64,000 nucleotides of DNA from a candidate division WWE3 bacterium CG08_land_8_20_14_0_20_40_13. GTDB lineage: Bacteria > Patescibacteriota > WWE3 > 0-14-0-20-40-13. The first letter of the stretch is position 1; each line of letters begins with the position of its first letter. Below the pieces are notes generated by a model. The model did not search any database, was not told where the DNA came from, and was given only the letters and a program-made list of their open reading frames with translations. Below, one piece after another: positions 8,976-18,555 of this stretch. The stretch covers positions 4,345 to 68,344 of the forward strand of contig PEYT01000004.1 of NCBI GenBank assembly GCA_002774285.1, written 5' to 3'. The position numbers were made by a program, and so were the translations under genes.

Positions 8976-9803
8976 ATGCTCACACCATCAGTTTCGGGTA
9001 TTTTAATATCGATTGGAATTTTAATCGCCATGCTTTTTTCCGAGTATTTATTAAGTACACATCCGCAGGAAAAAAGAATAGGGAACAAAAGATTAAAAGC
9101 CACCGACCGCGATATATTAAGATCGCTGATTACTATCGTTCCATTTTCTCTTGTTGGAGCAAGGTTGTACCATGCCGTTAACTATTGGAATTACTATACG
9201 AATAATCCTTTGGAGATATTAAAAACATGGAATGGGGGAATGGGATTTTACGGAGCTCTGTTAGGCGGGATTCTTGCTTTTTTGGTATTCTCGTTTATCA
9301 AAAGAGCCCCCGTTTTTAAATTCCGCTTTATTGTAATTTCTGACTTTTTATTTTTATCTCTGCCTTTGGCCTATGCCATTGGTCGTTGGGAAAGTTTTAT
9401 AACGCGCGATATCGTGGGAATTCCTACAAAAGTTCCGTGGGCGATTAGTGTTCCGTTTGCCTTTCGTCCTCAAGGATTTAAACTATACGATTCGTTTCAC
9501 CCTGTTTTTTTATACGAATCGTTTCTATGTTTGCTTTTGTTCCTTGGTTTATACTTTGTCTTTAGGTTTGTCAAAAGGTGGAAAGCCGATGGTTCCATTT
9601 CTCTCTTGTTTTTGCTTGGTTACTCTTTAATTCGTCTAGTTACTGAATCGATGAGAATTGGGATCTGGAAGATTGGTATTTATCCTACTGCTTCAATAAT
9701 CTCTATAACAATCCTTATTGTTTCAATAATACTTCTTGTCAAAATGTATCACCACCATTTCGCGAAGTTTTTCAGAAAAAGAATTAGGGCAACATCCCTT
9801 TAA
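8976..9803 (+). CDS. lgt: prolipoprotein diacylglyceryl transferase
   Basis: GARLYH and WNGGMGFYGALLGG motifs of Lgt. The start is moved to the ATG at 8976, just after the nth stop. Confidence 0.7.
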   Translation: MLTPSVSGILISIGILIAMLFSEYLLSTHPQEKRIGNKRLKATDRDILRSLITIVPFSLVGARLYHAVNYWNYYTNNPLEILKTWNGGMGFYGALLGGILAFLVFSFIKRAPVFKFRFIVISDFLFLSLPLAYAIGRWESFITRDIVGIPTKVPWAISVPFAFRPQGFKLYDSFHPVFLYESFLCLLLFLGLYFVFRFVKRWKADGSISLLFLLGYSLIRLVTESMRIGIWKIGIYPTASIISITILIVSIILLVKMYHHHFAKFFRKRIRATSL

Positions 9804-10388
9804 GGGCACCGCCCTATTAGGATTTTGTCTAAGAAGGTACTTTAAGCAAGAGCGTTGGCGGCGAGCGGCCCATTTTATGATAAGCCAAACCAAAAGGGGT
9901 TGACCGCGTTTTTCAAGACGCATTGTTCCAATATCAATAAATCCTAAATTGTTTTCCGGAGTTACGACAATATTTCCCACGCGGTCTTTATTTCCTAAAA
10001 ACAAACTCCAAGCACCAAAAAAATCCCAAGAGATTTTTTCTTTATCTTCCATGAGTTGGTTTAATTGGATCAATTTGACGAATTGGTCTTTGAGCTTTTG
10101 ATCGACCAGATCGCTTTTATGTAAAATCCTGCCCTCAACAAATTTCTGAAGTAAATCGAAAGATTTCTCATTATCTTTTACAATTACATGTACCTCAGGT
10201 AAAAAATCCTTAAAGTATTTTTTAAGAATTGGAAAATCCTCTACAACCTCTTTTACATATTTTTCTTTTCCAAGCCTAATTCTTATTCCAATTGGGGATT
10301 TTAAGAGATATCCCTCGTCGTATTTACGGATTAAATTTTCACCGCCGACTGCAAAAACTGGACCGATCTTTGAAGGATCAATTTGCAT
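9723..10388 (-). CDS. hypothetical protein, possibly a small atypical kinase-fold protein
   Basis: 221 aa. ...NIVVTPENNLGFIDIG... resembles the catalytic-loop/DFG arrangement of small lipid or sugar kinases. It overlaps the lgt 3' end convergently by 81 nt. Confidence 0.3.
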   Translation of the reverse strand: MQIDPSKIGPVFAVGGENLIRKYDEGYLLKSPIGIRIRLGKEKYVKEVVEDFPILKKYFKDFLPEVHVIVKDNEKSFDLLQKFVEGRILHKSDLVDQKLKDQFVKLIQLNQLMEDKEKISWDFFGAWSLFLGNKDRVGNIVVTPENNLGFIDIGTMRLEKRGQPLLVWLIIKWAARRQRSCLKYLLRQNPNRAVPLKGCCPNSFSEKLREMVVIHFDKKYY

Positions 10389-10447
10389 ATGAAACGGGAC
10401 ACTACCCCGAAAGGGGCAGTGCCCAGATGCTGTAAAATTCTCCGATC

Positions 10448-12655
10448 TTAAATTGATTGATGTTTCCTACCAAAACCCAATGAGCGCATTTTTAGTCTCA
10501 CAAGCCCAAAAATCACCATCAAAAGAGGTACGCCGACAAGGTTTCCGTATTTAACGGCGTTTTTCTCCGTTTCACTTTTAAATACCAAGGGCGATGGTAT
10601 ACTGGATTTTGCTCTTATGGCTACAAATCCTTTGTCGTTTGTGGCCAGATCAAAAAGATTTAAGGCAAAAGAAGAATTTGCCCCATAAAAATCTTTGGTA
10701 ATCATATCGTCGTTTGATATTACGATAACCTTCCCTCCGCTTTGATTTTCAGCTAGAACAGCGACACTTCTTTCTTTAAGATTGCTCTTGGAAAAATTTT
10801 TGTTGGGGGAAACATCAATTGTTGTTCCTTCGTCACTTCCAGCCGAGGACGAAGATTTTGCGATGACGGTTTGCTTTATTCCTTCCACATTCTTAAGTTC
10901 CAAATCGCTTCCCCAAGCAGTAAGAACAGGAGCGATATTTCCAAGTAAATTCTTTCCCTCTCCCGTCAAGGTAACTCTTGCAAAGTATGGGTAGGGAAGA
11001 ACATAAGTAAAGAATCCTTGGTTAAGGTTGATTCTCTCGTTGTTTTGCAAATCAAAAATAAGGTCTTTGTTCAACGAAATCCCGTATGGAGCTAGCGTGT
11101 CATCAATATTATTTTTATTTTCGGTAGGGGATAGGGTAGAAATCGATATATCATAAGAATCTCCAAAAACGATAAGCGCTTTTCCGGAGTCGACAAACTT
11201 TTTAATTTTCTCGTTTGTTCCGCTATCCAGCGGTTCCTTTGGGCCGGCAAGGACTAAAATGTCTGTATCAACCGGTATTATTTTTTCTTCCTTATCTTTT
11301 GGTTCTTTAACAAGTGACAGGGTGGTCGCTTGGTAGTATTTGGAAAGTTCGTCGCGGAATGTTGCCAAATCGGAATAAAGTCCAAGGCTTTTTGCGTCCT
11401 GTAAAAACGCCACTTTTTTGTTTGATCCACCAGATACTCTCTTAACTAAGGTAATCGTTTGATATTCTAATCCCTCTGTGGATTCCAAAAAGGCGATCGG
11501 TTCCTTATCCTCTCCGTTTTTGGCAACTATTCCCAAAAGTCCTTTTTTGGCTTGAAATTCATCATTTCTTACCGTGTTAAATTGCACTGGGGTTATCCCG
11601 TCGCTTAATGCGTTTTGCTCTTCTTCGGGAGAACTGGTTTCTTTATATTCTATTTTAAGCTTGTTTCCGGGAACCATGGAAAAATCCTTTAGTAGGTCCA
11701 TAAGGGCATCTTTTCTTTCGGCAAATTCTGGCGGAAGTTCTTTGGAATAATAAAAAACCAATAGGGTATTGCCATCCAATTTCCGCAAAATATCTTTGGT
11801 CGTTGGAGAAAGTGTATATACCTTATCGCGGGTTAGATCTAGGCGTATAAAAAGAGGTTTGACAAAGAAATTTAAAAGAACAACTCCAGCAAAAAGGGCC
11901 GCGACCGTTGTTTTAAGAGTGTAGGACAAAAACCTGCTACCTTTGGAAATTCGTCCTTGGGAAAGAATAAAAGCACTTAGGGCCAGAAAGAAAAGTGAGA
12001 AGCTTATAAAATATATTGCATCTCTTAAATCCAGAACCCCTTTATCAAATGAATTGATGCGGGAGAACGCGCCAAAAGAAGAAACGATGGAAGCGAAAAA
12101 CGGGGGAAGCCCCATGGTAACGGAATCCGATCCCAAAAGAACAAAAGAGATAATGGTCACGAGGGATATTACAAACGCCACGATCTGATTATCGGTAAGC
12201 GTGGAAATAAGAACACCGATAGAAACAAAAAGCATTCCAAGAAAAGCAAGTCCCAAATACGATGTTAAGACAACACCCCAATCAAATTTCCCGTATAGGG
12301 AAAGGGAAGTCGGAATAGTTAAAGTAATGGCGATCATCAAAAGATAAATAAAGAATGTGCCGACAAATTTTCCAATGATAAATTGTAACGGGGAAACAGG
12401 GGCAGTAATAACAGTTTCCAAGGTTTTGTTGCTTTTTTCTCCGGCCACTGTTGCCATAGTTAAAGCCGGGATGATTACGGCAAGAAGCATCGGGATATTT
12501 AAAGTGTATGGGCGAACAGAGGCGTAGCCAGAAAGAAATATCTGGCGGAAAAATAAAAAGTAAGAAACCCCAATAAAAGCGACAAAGAATATGTAACCTA
12601 CGGGCTGGTTAAAGAAGTTTAAGAACTCTCTTTTTGCTATAGTTAGGATTTTCAT
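10448..12655 (-). CDS. ABC-2 type permease fused to a large GldG-like extracytoplasmic domain
   Basis: N-terminal 6-TM ABC-2 permease-like region and a long soluble domain ending in a TM helix. The 4-nt ATGA overlap with the upstream ATPase gene suggests an operon. Confidence 0.5.
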   Translation of the reverse strand: MKILTIAKREFLNFFNQPVGYIFFVAFIGVSYFLFFRQIFLSGYASVRPYTLNIPMLLAVIIPALTMATVAGEKSNKTLETVITAPVSPLQFIIGKFVGTFFIYLLMIAITLTIPTSLSLYGKFDWGVVLTSYLGLAFLGMLFVSIGVLISTLTDNQIVAFVISLVTIISFVLLGSDSVTMGLPPFFASIVSSFGAFSRINSFDKGVLDLRDAIYFISFSLFFLALSAFILSQGRISKGSRFLSYTLKTTVAALFAGVVLLNFFVKPLFIRLDLTRDKVYTLSPTTKDILRKLDGNTLLVFYYSKELPPEFAERKDALMDLLKDFSMVPGNKLKIEYKETSSPEEEQNALSDGITPVQFNTVRNDEFQAKKGLLGIVAKNGEDKEPIAFLESTEGLEYQTITLVKRVSGGSNKKVAFLQDAKSLGLYSDLATFRDELSKYYQATTLSLVKEPKDKEEKIIPVDTDILVLAGPKEPLDSGTNEKIKKFVDSGKALIVFGDSYDISISTLSPTENKNNIDDTLAPYGISLNKDLIFDLQNNERINLNQGFFTYVLPYPYFARVTLTGEGKNLLGNIAPVLTAWGSDLELKNVEGIKQTVIAKSSSSAGSDEGTTIDVSPNKNFSKSNLKERSVAVLAENQSGGKVIVISNDDMITKDFYGANSSFALNLFDLATNDKGFVAIRAKSSIPSPLVFKSETEKNAVKYGNLVGVPLLMVIFGLVRLKMRSLGFGRKHQSI

Positions 12656-13521
12656 GTGGTTAGTTCTTTAAACACTTCATTCAAAGACTTTTTCTTTAAA
12701 TAAATTTCATATAACTCCCACTTATTTTTTGCAACAAGCTTCGTAATATCTGAACGAAGGTCTTTATTCTCTTTTGAGTGGATTAAGTAAGCACCGTCTT
12801 CCAATTTTTCTACATCGGAAACACCCTTTAGGAGTTTTAGGGATTTTATGATGTCTTTTCCATCAACTTTTACATAGATCGAAGTTCCTTGCCCAACCTC
12901 CAGTTTTTTAACTGGGGAATCGGCAACAATTTCTCCTTTGTTTATTATGATCACTCTCTCGCAGGTTTTTTGTACCTCATCTAATACATGGCTACTTAAC
13001 AAAACTGTTTTTTCCTTTCCAATTTGCTTAATTAAATTTCTAATATCTTCCCTTTGGTTTGGATCAAGTCCTTCGGTTGGTTCATCAAGTATTAATAAAT
13101 CGGGGTTGCCAAGGAGAGCTTGGGCAAGACCTACTCGTTGGCGGAACCCTTTGGAAAGAGTAGCAATTTCTTTGTAGAAGATTTCCTCAATAAATGTTTT
13201 TTTAACTACCTCCTCGATAGCATTTTTTAGATCTTTAACACCTTTTAGGTTTCCCACATAATTAAGATACTCTTCGCATGTTAAGTTTTGGTAAAGGGGG
13301 TTATTTTCCGGAAGATACCCTAAAAGAGCCTTGTCGCTTATAGATATGTTTCCTTCATCGGCGGTGTAGAATCCTGTTATTACCCGCATGCAGGTGGTTT
13401 TTCCGGCGCCATTTGGTCCAAGTAATCCTACAACTTCCCCGTGATCAATGGAAAAGGATACATTATCCAAGGCAACCGTACCCCCAAACTTTTTTGTGAC
13501 ATTTTCTACTTTAAGCACCAT
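12652..13521 (-). CDS. ABC transporter ATP-binding protein
   Basis: Walker A GPNGAGKTT, ABC signature LSKGFRQRV and Walker B LLILDEP. Confidence 0.85.
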   Translation of the reverse strand: MVLKVENVTKKFGGTVALDNVSFSIDHGEVVGLLGPNGAGKTTCMRVITGFYTADEGNISISDKALLGYLPENNPLYQNLTCEEYLNYVGNLKGVKDLKNAIEEVVKKTFIEEIFYKEIATLSKGFRQRVGLAQALLGNPDLLILDEPTEGLDPNQREDIRNLIKQIGKEKTVLLSSHVLDEVQKTCERVIIINKGEIVADSPVKKLEVGQGTSIYVKVDGKDIIKSLKLLKGVSDVEKLEDGAYLIHSKENKDLRSDITKLVAKNKWELYEIYLKKKSLNEVFKELTT

Positions 13522-13565
13522 ACAGTATTAGTTTATAAACGAATTTTAATCGTTTTTCAAGAGCC

Positions 13566-14759
13566 TTAATTGCATGCATCTCCTCTTTCCAAAACAAAAG
13601 GCGGAAGGCCGGGGATCTTTTCTATTTCTTGAAGCACTTTATATTGCGGGTAAGGTTTTTCATCTTTATCTAGAAACGAGAAATGGTCATTCGGAGCGGG
13701 ATACTTAATTGTAAAGGGCGCTACCGCGACGATTCTTTGATCGGGAAGCCAGATCTCTCTAAAAGCGATTTTGTAGAATTCCGCGACGGTCTCTTTGGAA
13801 AAATATTTAGTATTTTCATCTTCTCCCTCCTTGTGTGCCCAGCCTGTCTCGGTAATAAATATCGGAGGATCCTTAACATTAAAGTGCTTTGCCAAAAGCG
13901 CAAGTTCCCACTCGTAAGCCTTTATGGAATCTCTTCCGGAACTGTATGGACTTCCCCTATATTCCGGTTGGGGATAGGGGTGGGAGGCCCAGCCGTCCAG
14001 CTTTTTAAAAATTCCGGGGACAGCCTTGTCCATTTTAAGCAAAAACTCCTCTTCGTCAATATATCCCGGTCCGCTTCTTGCCGAAGCATTAAACGCTCCA
14101 TTTAGCATAAAAAAGTTTGGGTTAACTCTTTTAAAGGAATCAATCGTCGCTGACAATATTTCGGCGTATGCTATAGGATCAGCTTTACCCCGCCAAAATC
14201 TATCATCATTCACCTCGTTATAAACGCTAATGTAACGGTTTTTTGTAGGCCACGGGAGGGAGTTTAAGAAATAAGCTGATTGGGCGATTTGTTCCTCCTG
14301 CTCTTTTTTGGTCAGATCCCAAAGTTGGATAATAGGGATCAAATGTTTTTGGTTTAGAAGTTCGAATATTTTGGTCCATTTGGACGCTTCGTAATCTTTT
14401 ACATTTATGGGAAGAAGAACATATCCCCAATCGCCCCCGTTTGAGTTGACCATGTCACCGGCGTATTCCACATAATCCACCTCGGCGTAAATATACAAAC
14501 CAAACTTGTTGTTTTGGTAACCAATGTTTTGTTGAGGATTTCCAAGATTTCCGTTATATGTCATGGGTTTATCAAAGCAAGGCTTTTTAAAAATTCCGGA
14601 AGGGAGGTTTTGAATATCAAGGTTTTTTACGACAGATGGTTTCCCACTAATGGAAGGGGGGGAGAAAAGATTAAGAAACAAGGGCCTCTCAAGTGCGACA
14701 GTCAATGTAGCTGTCAAAAGGAGCGCAATAACGGTCAGGAAAAGAGTGGTTTTACGCAT
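13566..14759 (-). CDS. secreted glycoside hydrolase, (beta/alpha)8 clan GH-A-like
   Basis: Signal/TM N-terminus. NEV (acid/base) in ...YISVYNEVND... and the IFITETGW nucleophile motif are typical of GH5-like enzymes. Confidence 0.45.
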   Translation of the reverse strand: MRKTTLFLTVIALLLTATLTVALERPLFLNLFSPPSISGKPSVVKNLDIQNLPSGIFKKPCFDKPMTYNGNLGNPQQNIGYQNNKFGLYIYAEVDYVEYAGDMVNSNGGDWGYVLLPINVKDYEASKWTKIFELLNQKHLIPIIQLWDLTKKEQEEQIAQSAYFLNSLPWPTKNRYISVYNEVNDDRFWRGKADPIAYAEILSATIDSFKRVNPNFFMLNGAFNASARSGPGYIDEEEFLLKMDKAVPGIFKKLDGWASHPYPQPEYRGSPYSSGRDSIKAYEWELALLAKHFNVKDPPIFITETGWAHKEGEDENTKYFSKETVAEFYKIAFREIWLPDQRIVAVAPFTIKYPAPNDHFSFLDKDEKPYPQYKVLQEIEKIPGLPPFVLERGDACN

Positions 14760-14764
14760 TTGGA

Positions 14765-15556
14765 CTATTTAAGATATTTTTCTATGGTGGCTTCAAATAC
14801 CGACAGTGGTTGCGCACCGACTACAACCTCCCCTTGAATTTTTCCGGTGTCCGATGATTTTCCAATAAACGAGGTGGGGGTTCCACCAGCTCCGTAGGTT
14901 CCGGCTTCTGTTTTGTCGGCGAGAACTTCCTGTTTTTTATCTCCATTTTCCACACAAGTTTTAACTTTTGCAGAATCCGCACCAATTTGAGTGGCTAGCG
15001 CGTAAAGTTTTTCGTCTGTTATTCCCTGACCGTTTCCTGCGGAATTTTCAAAAAGCTTGCCATGAAATTTAAAGTAACCCTCATCTCCAAGTTGCGCCTT
15101 TACGCAGAGTGCCGCTTCTGCTTCTTTAGTTGCGGCGGGATCGTGAAAGGGAAGTGGGAGATTCCTAAAAACAAGCTTAACCTTTCCGGTGTCTATGTAT
15201 TTTGTCTTTAGTAGAGGCTCGGTTTCTAACGCGTGTCTTTTACAAAAAGGACACTCAAAATCGGCGAATTCCACAATGGTAACTGGTGCGTCTTTACTTC
15301 CAAGAACAGGGCTTTGACCTAGACTAACTTCCACAATGGAAGGTTGTTGTGGTTCTAGATTGTCAGGTTGCGTTGGGGTGGGGTTGTTAATGGTCGGCGC
15401 AGTGACCTCTTTTGCAAATTTAACACCTAGCATTTGGGGATTATCTTTGACCACAAGCCCTACCGCAACCAAAACCCCAGCCAGTAAAATTGCCATGGGA
15501 GTTAGATAGTTTGCTTTGGATTTTTGAGCAGTTTGAGTTGTTTGTTCGTCTGACAT
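14765..15556 (-). CDS. DsbA-like thioredoxin-domain protein (membrane anchored, Pro/Thr-rich linker)
   Basis: CPFC active site in ...FADFECPFCKRHA..., an N-terminal TM helix and a PTxPxQP linker. Confidence 0.65.
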   Translation of the reverse strand: MSDEQTTQTAQKSKANYLTPMAILLAGVLVAVGLVVKDNPQMLGVKFAKEVTAPTINNPTPTQPDNLEPQQPSIVEVSLGQSPVLGSKDAPVTIVEFADFECPFCKRHALETEPLLKTKYIDTGKVKLVFRNLPLPFHDPAATKEAEAALCVKAQLGDEGYFKFHGKLFENSAGNGQGITDEKLYALATQIGADSAKVKTCVENGDKKQEVLADKTEAGTYGAGGTPTSFIGKSSDTGKIQGEVVVGAQPLSVFEATIEKYLK

Positions 15557-15638
15557 AGGGATTTTGTAAAATCGGAATAAATATTAAGTATGTGGATCAT
15601 ACTAGAAGTTAAATATTTTTTCCATAGGCTTTTTTTCT

Positions 15639-15647
15639 TGGTACAAT
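15639..15647 (+). promoter_or_regulatory. extended -10 promoter (TGgTACAAT) giving a leaderless or near-leaderless pepS-like transcript
   Basis: The TGgTACAAT motif ends 6 nt before the ATG at 15654, and no SD fits between them. Confidence 0.35.
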
Positions 15648-15653
15648 GACACA

Positions 15654-16751
15654 ATGGCATATTCGTCTGGAGAGCAAAAACTTGCAAGGGTTATTTTAAA
15701 CCATTCCCTGTCAATTAAACCTCGCGAGAAAGTTTTGATTACTGCGGCAAATCTCGCATCGTATCCTTTGGCAAAGGAAGTTTTTGTAGAGGCGCTAAAA
15801 CTTGGTGCGTATCCTTTAATTGACGAAGCTAGTTTTCCCGGGCTTTCATACCAGTTTTTTTCTCTTGCCAACAACTGGCAATTAAACTATATTCCGCGGG
15901 AAATATTAAAAGCCAAAACGGAGTGGGCGGATGCCTATGTAAAAATATCTTCGCCGTTAAATTCCAAAGAATTAAATCAAATAGATTCAAAAAAGATTTT
16001 TGCCAGAGCGAAATTGACCAGACCTTTTGCTGATAAAATTATTGATTCCGACCGGTGGTTGTATACCGAATACCCAACGCCTTCAATGGCTCAAGATGCC
16101 GGGGTGTCTTTGGATTGGTTAATGGATTTTTACTTTAACGCCTGCCTTGTGGATTACAATAAAATGGAAAAAGAACTTTTGGCCTTGGAAAAGGTTTTAG
16201 ACAAAGGTCACCTTGTAAGAGTTGTTGGAAAGGATACAGATATCTCGTTTTCCGTTAAGGGAAGATTGGCCAAGGCATGTTTTGGCGAAAGAAACCTTCC
16301 GGACGGCGAAGTTTTTTCTGCTCCCGTTACGAGAACTGCCGAAGGCAGGATATATTTTGAATTTTCCGCGGAATATTTTGGAAAAGATGTCGAGGGAATT
16401 TACTTGGAGTTTAAAAAGGGTAGAGTAGTAAAGGCAAAAGCAGAAATGGGCGAAGAAATTTTAAATGAAGTTTTATCAAGCGATGCTGGAGCTAAATCTC
16501 TTGGGGAGTTTGCCATTGGTGCAAATTACAATATAAAAGTCGGGATGAAAAATGCTTTATTCGATGAAAAAATTGGCGGCACTGTTCATTTGGCTCTTGG
16601 GCGGTCATATAAAGAGGAGCGTGGTGGCGCACCAAGTTTTGGTAATGATTCCGCAGTCCATTGGGACTTAGTTAAAGACACAAGGACAAAAGGATCTTAT
16701 GTTGAACTGGACGGAAAGAAAATCTTAGTTGGCGGCAAAATTCTTTTGTAG
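15654..16751 (+). CDS. M29-family aminopeptidase (AmpS/PepS-like)
   Basis: The N-terminus and overall length match aminopeptidase T / PepS (thermophilic metalloprotease M29). Confidence 0.65.
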   Translation: MAYSSGEQKLARVILNHSLSIKPREKVLITAANLASYPLAKEVFVEALKLGAYPLIDEASFPGLSYQFFSLANNWQLNYIPREILKAKTEWADAYVKISSPLNSKELNQIDSKKIFARAKLTRPFADKIIDSDRWLYTEYPTPSMAQDAGVSLDWLMDFYFNACLVDYNKMEKELLALEKVLDKGHLVRVVGKDTDISFSVKGRLAKACFGERNLPDGEVFSAPVTRTAEGRIYFEFSAEYFGKDVEGIYLEFKKGRVVKAKAEMGEEILNEVLSSDAGAKSLGEFAIGANYNIKVGMKNALFDEKIGGTVHLALGRSYKEERGGAPSFGNDSAVHWDLVKDTRTKGSYVELDGKKILVGGKILL

Positions 16752-18146
16752 ATAACAGTACCATCATTTCTGTAGATTTCTTGGTACCCATATTTTTCTG
16801 GGTCGTCTTTCATTTCTAGATCAATAAATGTTCCAATGCTGACGAATATATAATTGGTTTGAAGAACCTCCAATTTTGTATTCCAGCTATCTTGCGCTTG
16901 CAAAATCTCAAGCCATGCCTGGTATGAGTTTTTTCCCTTCTCGGACTGCCATGCTGGCATCCTTCCGTCAATAAAAACTTTGGAATTTGGTATCTTCCAG
17001 TCTAAGAAACCCCCCCCATTCATACATATTAAAAATGTTCCCGCGGAAATCCTTTGCAAATTCAGTTGCTTTGCAAGGCAGTCTTACATACCCAGTTTCA
17101 CAATATACCCCCCAATTTGTAGAAAAATTGACTACTTTGTAGATATTTCCTGGAGTCGAAAGAACAATAAGAAAAACAATAATGGAGCAGGTCGTGATTT
17201 TAATTTGGGGATGTTCCAAGATACGGTTTAATTTTGGAAGATCCATTGGGAAGAGCGCAATGATGGACAGATAGAAAATTGGAAGGTTGCGTCGGGCTTT
17301 TAGTGCCAAAATTGCAAAAAAGATAATTGTTAGAATTTCGAAAGCACTGGTTTTGTGACTCTTTAAATACTTTACAGTGTAAAACAGCGATATCACTACT
17401 GCGAAAATAATAACAAATAAAGAATGGGGAAAAATTGTCGGTACCCATTCCGCTATAGAATTTTCCAATCCTCTGGTAGCGTGTCTTAGCACTTCTACCC
17501 ATACCCGCCAAAAGAATGGATTTACTAAAGTGGCAATAATTGTGCTTAAAAAAAGGGAGAACGAGAACAAGCTTTTTCTTGACCCTTCCAAAAAGAGTTT
17601 AGAGAGAAAAAAGAATAAAACAAGAACAGGCCCCAAGAAGAATCCTGCATGACTATTAGTTCAGATAATCATGAGGGGAATTATTATAATTTGTTTGGGT
17701 TCCCTGACTCTCTTTAGTATGAAGATGAATAAAGCCACAAAAAACATTGTTAAAAATTGGGAGCGGAATCCTAAAGATAGGACGGACCATGAGAAAAAAA
17801 TAGCCAAATAGCAAAGAGAAATTCTGGCAATAAAAGGTCCCCGGTTGGTAAAAAATGCTAAAAGAATTGTGCTAGCAGAAATAAAGGCTCCGACAATACT
17901 TAAGCCAAGAAAACCGTTTAAGGAAAAAATTATGGCTACAAGAGCATCATAGAGAAACGACGAGTAGGCCCATTTAAAATCTGGCAAAAAATAAGAATAA
18001 TGGTTTTTTATACATAAATTTCCGTTAAATAGATCTTGTCCGCATCTTAAATGCCAGCCAAAATCGTTGTCAGCGTGGGGGAGAAAGAAAATTAGAAGGA
18101 GAGAAAGAACAAATATTGCAAAAGAGGCGATCTTAATTTTACTCAT
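16697..18146 (-). pseudogene. GT-C-type polytopic membrane glycosyltransferase (ArnT/PMT-like), interrupted by an in-frame TGA and a frameshift at a poly-G(8) tract
   Basis: Three consecutive track ORFs (17661..18326, 16968..17636, 16697..17059) encode one multi-TM protein. Pieces 1 and 2 share a frame and are split only by the TGA at 17661-17663. Pieces 2 and 3 switch frame inside the G8 run (plus-strand C8 at 17010-17017). The real start is probably MSKIKIASF at 18146, because the upstream part of the track ORF is the RNase P RNA. Confidence 0.5.
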
Positions 18147-18165
18147 TACCCAATTGTATAGGATT

Positions 18166-18499
18166 TCGCAGGAAGCGAGTAAGCCAGATTCTGTTTTAGA
18201 CCTCAATCTATCTACGCTCCATCTTTCTGCCCATGTTGCTAAAAGCCAGCTTTTGAGGGCATATTCGTGGATTGCTACTGGTGGGATTGCCCGTTTCATA
18301 CCTTCGACATGCTTTCGCGAAGTCAAAGGGTCGTCTCTGTTGCTCTCAAGTCCTGTTAATTCAGAACTTGTTTTCCGCGCCTTTCGGTACGGGAACGCCA
18401 GCGGTTTTAACCGTCGGGGCTTGCGCCCCGTCCCATGCTTTTTTGTGTAGTCTGGACTTTCCTCCCGCCGTAGGCGGGTAGAGGCCCTGCTTCCTGCGG
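18166..18499 (-). ncRNA. rnpB: RNase P RNA (bacterial type)
   Basis: Minus-strand P4 5' strand GGGAGGAAAGUCCAGAC (plus 18454-18465) and P4 3' strand ACAGAAUCUGGCUUA (plus 18180-18194). P1 pairs 5' GCAGGAAGC with 3' GCUUCCUGC. P3 hairpin CCCGCCUACGGCGGG, a GGGGCGCAAGCCCC GNRA hairpin and the CAACAGAGA motif. The region is GC-rich and has no plausible CDS. Confidence 0.65.
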
Positions 18500-18503
18500 A
18501 GTT

Positions 18504-18514
18504 ATTTTAGCACA
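18504..18514 (-). promoter_or_regulatory. extended -10 promoter (TGcTAAAAT) for rnpB
   Basis: On the minus strand TGTGCTAAAAT sits about 7 nt upstream of the predicted RNase P RNA 5' end. Confidence 0.4.
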
Positions 18515-18555
18515 GTTTTGTTGTTGGTACGAGGATCAGACCCCAAACCTGATTT

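Noticed and set aside
9723-9803. 81-nt convergent overlap of lgt and the kinase-like gene as a regulatory antisense arrangement
   Set aside because: More likely a consequence of over-extended ORF ends in a compact genome. There is no independent evidence.
17661-17663. Alternative genetic code (UGA recoded as Gly, as in Gracilibacteria/SR1) to explain the in-frame TGA in the glycosyltransferase
   Set aside because: rpoB (1117 aa), rpoC (1241 aa), fusA and recJ have no in-frame TGA and several genes end in TGA. Standard code 11 therefore applies, and the TGA is a genuine nonsense codon or an error.
18067-18481. Plus-strand ORFs 18067..18450 and 18272..18481, and the first 60 codons of minus ORF 17661..18326
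   Set aside because: They lie on the RNase P RNA (P4 strands, P1 pairing and GNRA hairpins identified). GC-rich structural RNA gives open frames by chance. The membrane protein more plausibly starts at MSKIKIASF (18146).
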